Under the pieces are notes generated by a model. The model saw only the letters and a program-made list of their open reading frames with translations. It was not told where the DNA came from and made no database searches. 64,000 nt of DNA, from positions 346,509 to 410,508 of the forward strand of contig JALOQK010000002.1 of NCBI GenBank assembly GCA_025453395.1, written 5' to 3'. Positions 16,933-25,752 of this stretch are shown piece after piece; the first letter of the stretch is position 1; each line of letters starts with the position of its first letter. The stretch is from Candidatus Omnitrophota bacterium. GTDB taxonomy: Bacteria; Omnitrophota; Gorgyraeia; Gygaellales; Profunditerraquicolaceae. The position numbers were made by a program, and so were the translations under genes.

Positions 16933-17928
16933 TTAAACCGATTTTAAATATTGCGCGGCTGTCTCCGGCGAGGTTGCTACGTAGTAAAAACCTGTGCCCC
17001 ATTCAAAACCAGCTACCCGCGTTAACTTAGGCATAAATTCCAAGTGCCAGTGATAACTTTCCACTTCAGAATCACCATTAATAGGAGAACTATGAACAAT
17101 AAAGTTATACGATAAATTGGGAAATATTTTCTTAATCTTTGTAATTGTATCCTTTAATATCGCGCAGAATTCTGGCAACTCCTCCTGGGTCATCTGGCAA
17201 AAATGCCCCTTATGGTGCTTTGGCGTTATCCATATTTCAAAAGGGAACCGTGAAACAAACGGGCAAAAGCAAGCAAAATGCTTATTTTCCAGGATAATCC
17301 TTTGCTTATCCTCAAGCTCTTGACGGATAACATCGCAGAAAACACAACGCTCTCTGTAATCATAATATGCCTTCGCCCCTGACAACTCCTCCATAACGTT
17401 TTTAGGCACCATAGGAAGAGCTACGAGCTGCGTATGGGGATGCTCTAATGAGGCCCCTGCCGCCGGGCCATAGTTTCTAAAAAGCATGATATACTTGAAG
17501 CGGTGGTCATGAGTCAAATCATTAATCCTGTGGCAATACATGGCAATAATCCGCTCTATTTCCTCTTGGGAAAGATCACAAAGGTCCTTAGCGTGATAGG
17601 GTGTTTCTATCAAAACCTCATGCGCCCCAATGCCATTAGAAAGATCATAAATACCATTTCCTCTTCTATCCAAATCCCCTTCTATCTGCAGCGCCGGGAA
17701 TTTATTCGGGATAACCCTTACCTGCCAACCTGAAGAATTCGGCTGGCTGTCCGGATAACGAAATGCCTCTATTTCCGCAGGGGTCTGATTTTCGTTGCCG
17801 TAGCAAAACGGGCAATTTCCGGGTTTCTGAATATACTGTTCATGGGCGTAATCTTCGGGCTTATGCGGTTTATCCGTCTCCACAATAACCCATCTTCCCA
17901 CAATCGGATCTCTTCTTAATTGCGGCAT
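16933..17928 (-). CDS. galactose-1-phosphate uridylyltransferase-like HIT-family nucleotidyltransferase (GalT type)
   Basis: Zn-binding CPFC and CVFCD motifs are present. The catalytic HPHTQ motif (H-x-H-x-Q) is intact. Confidence 0.75.
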   Translation of the reverse strand: MPQLRRDPIVGRWVIVETDKPHKPEDYAHEQYIQKPGNCPFCYGNENQTPAEIEAFRYPDSQPNSSGWQVRVIPNKFPALQIEGDLDRRGNGIYDLSNGIGAHEVLIETPYHAKDLCDLSQEEIERIIAMYCHRINDLTHDHRFKYIMLFRNYGPAAGASLEHPHTQLVALPMVPKNVMEELSGAKAYYDYRERCVFCDVIRQELEDKQRIILENKHFACFCPFVSRFPFEIWITPKHHKGHFCQMTQEELPEFCAILKDTITKIKKIFPNLSYNFIVHSSPINGDSEVESYHWHLEFMPKLTRVAGFEWGTGFYYVATSPETAAQYLKSV

Positions 17929-18953
17929 TATACTTGCACCTCTCTTAAGAATTGGGCAGCGTTTTCAGGAGGAAGCGGACAGATATAAAAACCTGTCCCC
18001 CATTCAAAACCCGCCATACGCGTTAAGCGCGGCATAATTTCAATATGCCAGTGATAGTCGTTATCAATGCTTTTCCAATACCCGGTTTTCTGCCTGCGGA
18101 ATGGAGCCGTATGGATAACATAGTTATACGGCGGGTCGTTCAAGCCTTTTTTAAGTTTGGATAAGACTATTTTTAAAATCCTGGCCAAATTAATGCGCTC
18201 ATGCATATCCAAATTAACAAAATCACAGGAATGCTTTTTAGGCAAAATCCAAATCTCAAAAGGAAACCTCGCGGCAAAAGGCGCAACCGCGATAAAACCG
18301 TCAAAATCAAGGATCAGCCGGTCTTTCGCCTCCAGCTCTTGCTTTATTAAATCACAGAAAACACAGCGCTCGTGATAATCATAATACTTCCTTGCCCCGA
18401 CCAATTCTTCTTTTACCCTTTTCGGGTTAACCGGAGTAGCGATCAACTGCGAACGCGAATGTTTTATCCTTCCGGCGCCGGCTACCCATCCGTAATTCTT
18501 AAAAACCAAAACATATTTCAAGCGGGTGTCTTTTTCAAGATCATTGACCCGGTTTATATAAGTTTGGATAACTTTAGCAATCTGATCCTCGGGCAGGTCA
18601 GCGATATTGGCAATATGCTGATTGGTTTCTATGACTACTTCGTGGGCCCCGGTGGCATTCATTAAATCATACATGCCTTTACCGCGGCGGTCTAAATCTC
18701 CCTCAATGCGCAAGAAAGGCGTGATGCTGGGAACAACGCGCACATCCCATCCCGGGGTGTTAGGGTTTGAGTTTTTATAACGAATAGAGCATATTTCCGC
18801 AGGGGTGTGAGATTCCTGGCCTTCGCAAAAAGGACAAGGCTCTTCCGGATGAGAATCGGAAACAGTGCTTGTAAACTGATCCGGACGCCTTGAGCGTTCG
18901 GTGGCAATAATCACCCATCTTCCTAATACAGGATCTTTTCTTAGTTCTGGCAT
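17928..18953 (-). CDS. GalT-like paralogue with a degenerate catalytic motif (HSRSQ instead of HPHxQ)
   Basis: It has the same fold signature as 16933..17928 (CPFC, CVFCD, FEWGTGF). Its stop codon and the downstream ATG share a nucleotide (TAATG). Confidence 0.7.
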   Translation of the reverse strand: MPELRKDPVLGRWVIIATERSRRPDQFTSTVSDSHPEEPCPFCEGQESHTPAEICSIRYKNSNPNTPGWDVRVVPSITPFLRIEGDLDRRGKGMYDLMNATGAHEVVIETNQHIANIADLPEDQIAKVIQTYINRVNDLEKDTRLKYVLVFKNYGWVAGAGRIKHSRSQLIATPVNPKRVKEELVGARKYYDYHERCVFCDLIKQELEAKDRLILDFDGFIAVAPFAARFPFEIWILPKKHSCDFVNLDMHERINLARILKIVLSKLKKGLNDPPYNYVIHTAPFRRQKTGYWKSIDNDYHWHIEIMPRLTRMAGFEWGTGFYICPLPPENAAQFLREVQV

Positions 18954-18998
18954 AGTTTTTTTATTATAGCATAGCTATCGCTAAATGCAACGAAATAT

Positions 18999-19943
18999 TT
19001 ATGTTACGCTAAAAATATCCCCAACAATAAGCTTGTGCCCAGCTGTAAATTCTGCAGAACTCATAAGCCTCTTGCCTTCTGGCTTAAGCTTCTTGATCAA
19101 AAGGCATCCCATGCCGCATTTTACCAAAATCCCGTCTTTGGTTATAGCTTCTACTGCCCCAAAAGCTAAATCCGCTCTTTTAGATACGCAATGAACGGCT
19201 TGGGCTTGCTCAATTTTCAATAAATGGCCCTTAAGATAAGTAAAAGCTGTTGGCCAGGGAAGGCAACCGCGGATCAGATGGCTTATTTCTTCAGCAGATT
19301 TCTCCCAATTTATCTGCCCATGGCTTTTTTTTAATTTCGGGGCATAGCTGGCTTTTTTATCATCCTGCGGCAGAAGATCGTATTTACCCGAAGAAATCAA
19401 ATCTAACGCGCGCGACAAAAGCCTTGAGCCTTCCAGGGAAAGCTTTTCACTTAAACTCATGGCGTTATCTGAATCTAAGATCTTGATTTCTTGCTTAAGG
19501 ATCACGGGGCCGGAATCCATTTTAAGGGTGATTTTCATCACTGTAACCCCTGTTGTTCTCTCCTGGTTAATGATCGCCCAGTTAATTGGCGCAGCTCCGC
19601 GATATGCGGGAAGAAGAGAAGCGTGTAAATTAATCGGCATTACCTTAGGGATATCCAGTATTTCCTGGCTTAATATTTGGCCGTAGGCAATAACAATAAA
19701 AAGATCGGCTTTTTTAGACTTAAGCAAACTTACGGATTCCGCGGCATTGATGTCTTCGGGAGAAAAAACCTCTATTGCGCGCTCTATCGCCGCCTGCTTA
19801 ACTGCCACAGGCGAAATTTTCTGTCCTCTGCCTTTTTTTCTGTCCGGCTGGGTGACCACGCAGGAAATTTCATGCTTAGAGTCAATAAGCATTTCTAAAG
19901 ATGGGACGGCAAATCCAGCGCTTCCTAGAAAAATAATACGCAT
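18999..19943 (-). CDS. fmt: methionyl-tRNA formyltransferase
   Basis: MRIIFLGSAGFAVPSL...HASLLPAYRGAAPINWAIIN matches the formyltransferase SLLP motif. I placed the start at the internal Met (19943); the ORF track extends to 20015. Confidence 0.88.
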   Translation of the reverse strand: MRIIFLGSAGFAVPSLEMLIDSKHEISCVVTQPDRKKGRGQKISPVAVKQAAIERAIEVFSPEDINAAESVSLLKSKKADLFIVIAYGQILSQEILDIPKVMPINLHASLLPAYRGAAPINWAIINQERTTGVTVMKITLKMDSGPVILKQEIKILDSDNAMSLSEKLSLEGSRLLSRALDLISSGKYDLLPQDDKKASYAPKLKKSHGQINWEKSAEEISHLIRGCLPWPTAFTYLKGHLLKIEQAQAVHCVSKRADLAFGAVEAITKDGILVKCGMGCLLIKKLKPEGKRLMSSAEFTAGHKLIVGDIFSVT

Positions 19944-19975
19944 ATACAAGTTAACTGTTAAATGTTGTACTGCTA

Positions 19976-20072
19976 GCGTAAAAATAAAAGTGTAAAGTGT
20001 AAAACTACAGTGCAAAATTCAAAGCTTTAAGTTTTAAGCTATAGCTTTACATTTTTCGCTTTACACTTTACG
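19976..20072. promoter_or_regulatory. long imperfect inverted repeat (GTAAAG-rich arms around a palindromic AAAGCTTTAAG...AAGCTATAGCTTT core) between priA and fmt; possibly the priA terminator
   Basis: The arm gcgtaaaaataaaagtgtaaagtgtaaaa is an inverted partner of ttttcgctttacactttacgc, which overlaps the priA stop codon. A U-rich tract follows on the minus-strand RNA. Confidence 0.35.
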
Positions 20073-21918
20073 CTATATCCATATCTACTGTTACTATTAT
20101 ACCTGAATGCTTGAAACTTTTAAGATTTTTCTTCAACAGCGCGGTCGCCTTATAAGGGTCGTCGGCCTTAAACAATACCTGCCAATGGTAATTGCCCCGC
20201 AATTTTATATTGGGCACATTAGTCGAAGAAACAACTTCTATTGTTTCGCCTGCCTGTTTTAGCATGCCAGATAAATCCTCTCCTGCTTGTTTAACCTTAT
20301 CCTGAAGCTTACCTCTTAATTTAACCGCTGCAAAATGCCGGTAAGGAGGAAAATCCATATCCTTTCTTTCTGCCAACTCATGCTCCATGAACATCCCAAA
20401 ATCTTTATTCTGGATGGCTTTATAACAAAAATTTCCCGGCAATGAAGTCGGGACTATTAAATCCTTGTCAGTCATGGTTAGAAGCCCTGCTAAAATCCTA
20501 AAGGCCTTTTCTTTAGAACGAAAATCCAGTTGGTTAAGTATGCTGTCCATCTGCAAAGCTACCGTAAAGGCGAACCTGCCCGCAGAATGGCGCGTAATAA
20601 CTTCGGTAGAAAGTACAATATCTTCGGATAAATTTTCATCGGGATCCAATCTTTCACATAATCTGATCTTGGCTTTGGGGAATATCCTGGATAGCTCACT
20701 TTCGATCTTTTCAAGGCCAAATCCCCGATATCGGATATAGCTGGATTTGCAGGCTTCACAGACTCCCGGAACAGCGATCTTGTAAACACAATGATGGCAC
20801 TTCAGGATATTTTCTTTAAAATGCAGCACTAAGTTCGTCTGGCAACGAGGGCACTTGATTACCCTGCCGCAATTCGGGCAAAAGGCAAAGGTAGCAAAAC
20901 CTTTGCGATCCAGAAAAATAAGCACCTTTTCTTTTCTGTCAAGATGGTTAGCTATAAGATCTAAAATATAACGGGCAAAAATAGGATGCTTAATACGGCT
21001 GTAATCTGAAAGATTGCGCGTATCAAATATCTTAACCTGGGTTTTAACCGAAGAAAGATCTGATAAAACACGGTATTTTATTTGCCCCTGTTGGCACAAG
21101 AAATAACTTTCTAAAGAAACCACCCGGCTTGATAAAATAACCTTCGCGCCCTGGATCTTCGCGCGCATCAGGCTTACCCCGACAGCATGGTAATGCGGAA
21201 CCTGATCCTGCTTATAGGAAAAATCCTGCTCTTCATCAACGATAATAAGCCCTAAATTATCAACCGGGGCAAAACACGCGGATCTTACCCCGACGACAAG
21301 CTTGACCTTGCCCTCTTTGACCCTGATCCAATCCTTAAGCTGGCCGGGTTTGTTACGGCAGGAAACCACAAATTCATCGTTTATATTGGCTTTTATTAGC
21401 TTTGCGGCAAGCTCTAACGCCTGCATATCCGGCACAAGAAAGATTACCCCTCTTGCTTCTTGTAATTTATTTCTCATCTCTGCGAAATAAACCTCCCAGC
21501 GCTTTTGCCCTGTCATATCCAATAAAAGTTCTGCCTGAAACTGATCAGGATTTTGCGGTTTACGCAGAATATCAACAAAATCAACGCTTCTTCCTTTTCT
21601 TATCTCCTGCGGCAGGCTTGTATCAATGGCCTCTCCCCAAGAACAGCAATAATAATCAGCGATCTTGCGGGCTAAAAGAAGGCCGCCCTGATCTAGAATG
21701 GGCTTTTTGTCAAGTAGGCATTTTATCGGCTTTATATTCGGTATGCTGGAAACTGAAGACAAGCCCACAACATAACCTAAAGCCTTCTTGCCGCGCAACT
21801 CTACCCAGACCCTTGAACCAATGCTTATTTGCGCGCGCAAATCTTCAGGCACCAGATAATCAAACGGGCCTTCAATAGCCAAAGGGAAAACTATTTTCGC
21901 GTAAGAATTATTTTTCAC
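20068..21918 (-). CDS. priA: primosomal protein N' (PriA)-like, with a degenerate Walker A motif
   Basis: The N-terminal 3'BD-like region, the motif II-like segment LIIVDEEQDFSYKQ and the C-terminal Cys4 zinc ribbon (CPNCGRVIKCPRCQ...CHHC...CEAC) are present. The P-loop position reads LDMTGQKRW instead of GxxGxGKT. Confidence 0.75.
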   Translation of the reverse strand: MKNNSYAKIVFPLAIEGPFDYLVPEDLRAQISIGSRVWVELRGKKALGYVVGLSSVSSIPNIKPIKCLLDKKPILDQGGLLLARKIADYYCCSWGEAIDTSLPQEIRKGRSVDFVDILRKPQNPDQFQAELLLDMTGQKRWEVYFAEMRNKLQEARGVIFLVPDMQALELAAKLIKANINDEFVVSCRNKPGQLKDWIRVKEGKVKLVVGVRSACFAPVDNLGLIIVDEEQDFSYKQDQVPHYHAVGVSLMRAKIQGAKVILSSRVVSLESYFLCQQGQIKYRVLSDLSSVKTQVKIFDTRNLSDYSRIKHPIFARYILDLIANHLDRKEKVLIFLDRKGFATFAFCPNCGRVIKCPRCQTNLVLHFKENILKCHHCVYKIAVPGVCEACKSSYIRYRGFGLEKIESELSRIFPKAKIRLCERLDPDENLSEDIVLSTEVITRHSAGRFAFTVALQMDSILNQLDFRSKEKAFRILAGLLTMTDKDLIVPTSLPGNFCYKAIQNKDFGMFMEHELAERKDMDFPPYRHFAAVKLRGKLQDKVKQAGEDLSGMLKQAGETIEVVSSTNVPNIKLRGNYHWQVLFKADDPYKATALLKKNLKSFKHSGIIVTVDMDIA

Positions 21919-23009
21919 TTATTGATCAGGTTGTTAATGTTTTGCAAGGGGTTGGTTTTTTTGAAAAAACGGATATTACTTCTTACCTGTTCTAATTTTT
22001 GCGGGTTTTGGATATACTCAAGAGTTTTTTCCTTTGCCTCTTGGGGGGTTTTAGCAAAAAAACCTATTCCCTGCTCCATAAGTATGCGGGCGTTAGCTTC
22101 TTCCTGGCCGGGAATAGCGCAAATAAAAATAGGCGCCAGGTCCATCGCCAATAATTCGGAGACGCTTAAGCCGCCGGGCTTGGTTATGATAATATCGGAA
22201 GAGGCCATCAATTCTTCCATGTTATCCACAAAAGCGTAAACTTTTACTTGAGGATAATTAAGCCTAAGCATTCTTTTATAAAGCTTCTTATTTCGGGCGC
22301 AGACAAGAATAATTTGCGCGTGATCTTTTAAAGCTGTTGTTATCTCTTCTAAGGGGCCGATGCCAAACGAACCGGTTGCCAATAAAACGGTGAATTTATT
22401 CTTATCAAGCCCGATTTTCTGGCGCAGAAGCTGTTTGTTGAAACTTGCTTCAAACTTTACGTCAACCGGAATGCCGTAAACTAAAATCGATTTATCGGGG
22501 ATGCCCTCTTCAATCAAAATATCCTTTGTTTTTTCTGAAGCAACCCAATAATAATCTATGCCGTTGGCCAGCCAAAACGAATGCACGCCAAAATCCGTAA
22601 TCACGGTAACAACTTTAGAATTGATCAAACCGTTGGATTTTAAGATTCCGGATACTTCCGACGACAAGAAATGCGTGGAAATAATCAAATCCGGATTTTC
22701 TCTAATCAAAAATTCCCTGAATTTAACCGTATTAATATGATTTAATATCACCGCCGGCTTGCGCAAGATCTTGCGCGAAACTGCCGAAGAAGTCGCCCCA
22801 AAAAGAAACCCCCAGATAGCTGTGGCGTGATTAACTAGAAAAGTGTAACCGGTATGATAGGAAAACCTAAATAACCATGAACAGTATTCCAAAGAATCAA
22901 CGATTTTAACTTGGGCGTCTTTATGGTTATTGCGCAAATAATTAAAGATGGCTTCCGCGGCTTTCCTATGCCCGCCTCCGGCAGAAGAATGCAATACCAG
23001 GATCTTCAC
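21915..23009 (-). CDS. GT28-family diacylglycerol/lipid glycosyltransferase (MGDG-synthase-like N-terminal domain plus GT-B C-terminal domain)
   Basis: MKILVLHSSAGGGHRKAAEAI matches the MGDG-synthase / UgtP / MurG-type N-terminus. The protein is 364 aa. Confidence 0.65.
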   Translation of the reverse strand: MKILVLHSSAGGGHRKAAEAIFNYLRNNHKDAQVKIVDSLEYCSWLFRFSYHTGYTFLVNHATAIWGFLFGATSSAVSRKILRKPAVILNHINTVKFREFLIRENPDLIISTHFLSSEVSGILKSNGLINSKVVTVITDFGVHSFWLANGIDYYWVASEKTKDILIEEGIPDKSILVYGIPVDVKFEASFNKQLLRQKIGLDKNKFTVLLATGSFGIGPLEEITTALKDHAQIILVCARNKKLYKRMLRLNYPQVKVYAFVDNMEELMASSDIIITKPGGLSVSELLAMDLAPIFICAIPGQEEANARILMEQGIGFFAKTPQEAKEKTLEYIQNPQKLEQVRSNIRFFKKTNPLQNINNLINK

Positions 23010-23578
23010 TTTGCGCCTTCTTTCAGGATAATTTCTACTGCCTTGGGCAGATCTAAAGCAGTAAAATCAGGCTGGATATGCCAGTTGGGCTTATTATCTT
23101 GTTTTTCTTTTCCGGAAAAAACCAGAATAGTTTTTACCCCGGAGGATTTCCCGGTTTCTATATCCCGGATGGTATCGCCGACAAAATAGCTTTTGGATAG
23201 ATCAAGCTGCTTGCCATAATTAGCCATGCGCGCTACTGCCATATGCACAAGCCCGTTTTTGGGCTTGCGGCAGTTGCAATTGGCTTCATTGGTATGCGTG
23301 CAATAGTAAACCTGATCAATAACCGCGCCATCTTTTTTCAAAAGTTCTTCCATCCCGCAGGTGATCGCATCTAATGTACCTTGGGAATAGATCCCTTTTC
23401 CTACTCCGGCCTGATTAGAAACTACAAACACCTTGAACCCCGCGGCATTTAATTTGTTTATTGCCTGGCCTGCCCCGGGTAAAAGATGGAATTCTTCGGG
23501 AGAGGTAACATATTTAAAATCTCCCGGATACTGATTGATCACTCCGTCGCGATCCAGAAATACCGCCTTTATCTTCAT
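23006..23578 (-). CDS. gmhB: D-glycero-D-manno-heptose 1,7-bisphosphate phosphatase (HAD-IIIA)
   Basis: FLDRDGVIN is HAD motif I, CTHTNEANCNCRKP is a zinc-binding insert, and GDTIRD is HAD motif IV. Confidence 0.8.
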   Translation of the reverse strand: MKIKAVFLDRDGVINQYPGDFKYVTSPEEFHLLPGAGQAINKLNAAGFKVFVVSNQAGVGKGIYSQGTLDAITCGMEELLKKDGAVIDQVYYCTHTNEANCNCRKPKNGLVHMAVARMANYGKQLDLSKSYFVGDTIRDIETGKSSGVKTILVFSGKEKQDNKPNWHIQPDFTALDLPKAVEIILKEGAK

Positions 23579-23581
23579 CTA

Positions 23582-24700
23582 TCAAATCACCTCTTTTATG
23601 GTGCCTACAACTTTTTTAACTTGGCTTTGTGTGATGTAAGGATAAAGCGGCAAAGACAAAACCCTCTCTGATAGTTTCTCGGAAACCGGAAAATCACCCT
23701 TTTTATATCCTAAACCCTCATATGCTTTCTGAAGATGCACTGGAATAGGATAATGCACAATAACCCCGATCCCCTTTTCGGATAAATACTTACTCAGCTT
23801 ATCTCTGGAATGAGATTGCACCGCGTAAACATGATAAACATGCCTGCTGTTTTCCTGCGCAAAAGGAGTAGTTATGCCGTCAATGCCGGAAAGCAATTTA
23901 TTATACCAGCCTGCCGCTTTGATGCGCCAATTATTCCACTCTTGCAGCTTTCTTAGCTTGTAACGCAATATTCCGGCCTGCAAAGTATCCAAGCGGGAAT
24001 TGTAACCTACCATTACATGCTCATATTTAGACGCTCGCCCATAATCGCGCAGCATGTTCAATTTATCGTAAATCTGCTTGCTATTAGTAGTAATCGCTCC
24101 GCCATCTCCTAAGGCCCCTAAATTCTTAGAGGGATAAAAACTAAAACACCCGATATCGCCAATACTGCCGCAGAGATGTTTTTTACCGTCAGGCATAAGC
24201 ATATTTGCGCCATGCGCTTGTGCTGTATCCTCAATAACTTTTAAGTTATATTTACCGGCGATACGCATAATCTGCGGCATACAAGCCGGTTGGCCGTATA
24301 AATGCACCGGGATTACGGCTTTAGTCTTTGGAGTAATCGCTTTTTCCAAAAGCGATGGATTTAAATTATAAGTTTTTTCGTCAACATCAACAAAAACAGG
24401 CCTTGCGCCGGTGTAAGAAACCGCTAAAGCGGTAGCAATATAAGTAAAAGCAGGCACGATCACCTCATCGCCGTCTTTTATGCCCAAAGCGCTTAACGCC
24501 AAAAATAAAGCTGCCGTGCCGGAACTAACCCCCACACAATAATCAGAGCCACAAAACTTTGCAAACTCCTGCTCAAAAAGCTTCACATCTTCGCCTAAGA
24601 TAAAATCTCCTCTGGCGATAACTTTTTCTACTGATCTTAAGATATCTTTCTTAAGCTTCTTATGCTGCAGGCCTAAATCAACAAGCGCAATCTTCACCAA
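23582..24700 (-). CDS. DegT/DnrJ/EryC1/StrS-family PLP-dependent sugar aminotransferase
   Basis: CVGVSSGTAALFLAL...FSFYPSKNLGALGDGG (with the PLP-binding Lys)...GYNSRLDTLQA matches the family. Confidence 0.85.
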   Translation of the reverse strand: MVKIALVDLGLQHKKLKKDILRSVEKVIARGDFILGEDVKLFEQEFAKFCGSDYCVGVSSGTAALFLALSALGIKDGDEVIVPAFTYIATALAVSYTGARPVFVDVDEKTYNLNPSLLEKAITPKTKAVIPVHLYGQPACMPQIMRIAGKYNLKVIEDTAQAHGANMLMPDGKKHLCGSIGDIGCFSFYPSKNLGALGDGGAITTNSKQIYDKLNMLRDYGRASKYEHVMVGYNSRLDTLQAGILRYKLRKLQEWNNWRIKAAGWYNKLLSGIDGITTPFAQENSRHVYHVYAVQSHSRDKLSKYLSEKGIGVIVHYPIPVHLQKAYEGLGYKKGDFPVSEKLSERVLSLPLYPYITQSQVKKVVGTIKEVI

Positions 24701-25752
24701 ATCCTCCTCAAGTTTTCAAAAACCTCATCTGGTTTAATATTCGTTAAGCATTTTAAGTTGTGCTGACAATCTTCTATGCGAAAATCACGGTAACAGGGAC
24801 GGCAGGGAACTTGAGCTTTTACCACGCGGTATTTCTCCGAAGCCGGATACGGCCCATAAACACGCTCGTCAACTGGCCCAAATATTGATACCGCGGGAAT
24901 ATTTAATGCCCTTGCCATATGCAAGATCCCTCCGTCTGTCGCGATAACCGCGCGCGATAGATTGATTACCGCAGCTAACTGCCGCAAAGTTGTCTTGCCG
25001 CAAAGATTAACTACGGGATTTGATAAAAGTTTTTCTATTCTTTCAGCAACCTTTTCTTCTGAAACATCACCGATTAAAACCACTTCTGCTTTTAAACCAC
25101 TTACCAACCTGTCTATTAATTCAGCGAAATTTTCTTCAGGCCATTGCTTTAAATAGGCTCTCTTGCCCCAACTTGCCCCTGAGGAAACGGCAATTGCCGC
25201 AAGAGGGGCTTTTGCGGCGTTAGAAATAAGCTTCTTGGCAACCTTAGTATCTTCGTCATTTACAAATAGATCCAAATGATTGTCATCGGGCTTAACGCCC
25301 ACAAACTTTAATAATTGCGCGTACCACTCTGCCGCATGCAAAGCATCATAACCTTGGATTTTAATCTTATCAGTTAAAAACCTGCCTCTATTCTTATAAT
25401 CAAACCCGATTCGTTTAGGCACTCCCAACATTTTAAGCAACAGGCTGTAACGATAGTCCAATGAAAAATCAAAAACGCATTCAAAATGCTTCTTTCTGAT
25501 CAGCCGGCATAAAGAAAATAGGCTTTTTATGCCATTCAAAAAAGAAGCGTGGAAGATCTTTTTTAAATCTCCCCGGGAGCAAGCAATGATATCATCAATA
25601 TTGGGATTAAGCTCTAAGATTTCTTTTACTCTTTGGTTGCACCAATATGTAATACGGCTATCGGGAAAACCAGAGCGTAAATTACGCGCCAATCCAGTGG
25701 TAAACAAAACATCGCCTATCCCGAAAGGGTTAACTATCAAGATATTCTTCAT
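24694..25752 (-). CDS. glycosyltransferase family 9 (ADP-heptose:LPS heptosyltransferase-like)
   Basis: MKNILIVNPFGIGDVLFTTGLARNL...GPVDERVYGPY...ATDGGILHMARALNIP is the typical RfaF/RfaC-family pattern. Confidence 0.8.
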   Translation of the reverse strand: MKNILIVNPFGIGDVLFTTGLARNLRSGFPDSRITYWCNQRVKEILELNPNIDDIIACSRGDLKKIFHASFLNGIKSLFSLCRLIRKKHFECVFDFSLDYRYSLLLKMLGVPKRIGFDYKNRGRFLTDKIKIQGYDALHAAEWYAQLLKFVGVKPDDNHLDLFVNDEDTKVAKKLISNAAKAPLAAIAVSSGASWGKRAYLKQWPEENFAELIDRLVSGLKAEVVLIGDVSEEKVAERIEKLLSNPVVNLCGKTTLRQLAAVINLSRAVIATDGGILHMARALNIPAVSIFGPVDERVYGPYPASEKYRVVKAQVPCRPCYRDFRIEDCQHNLKCLTNIKPDEVFENLRRIW

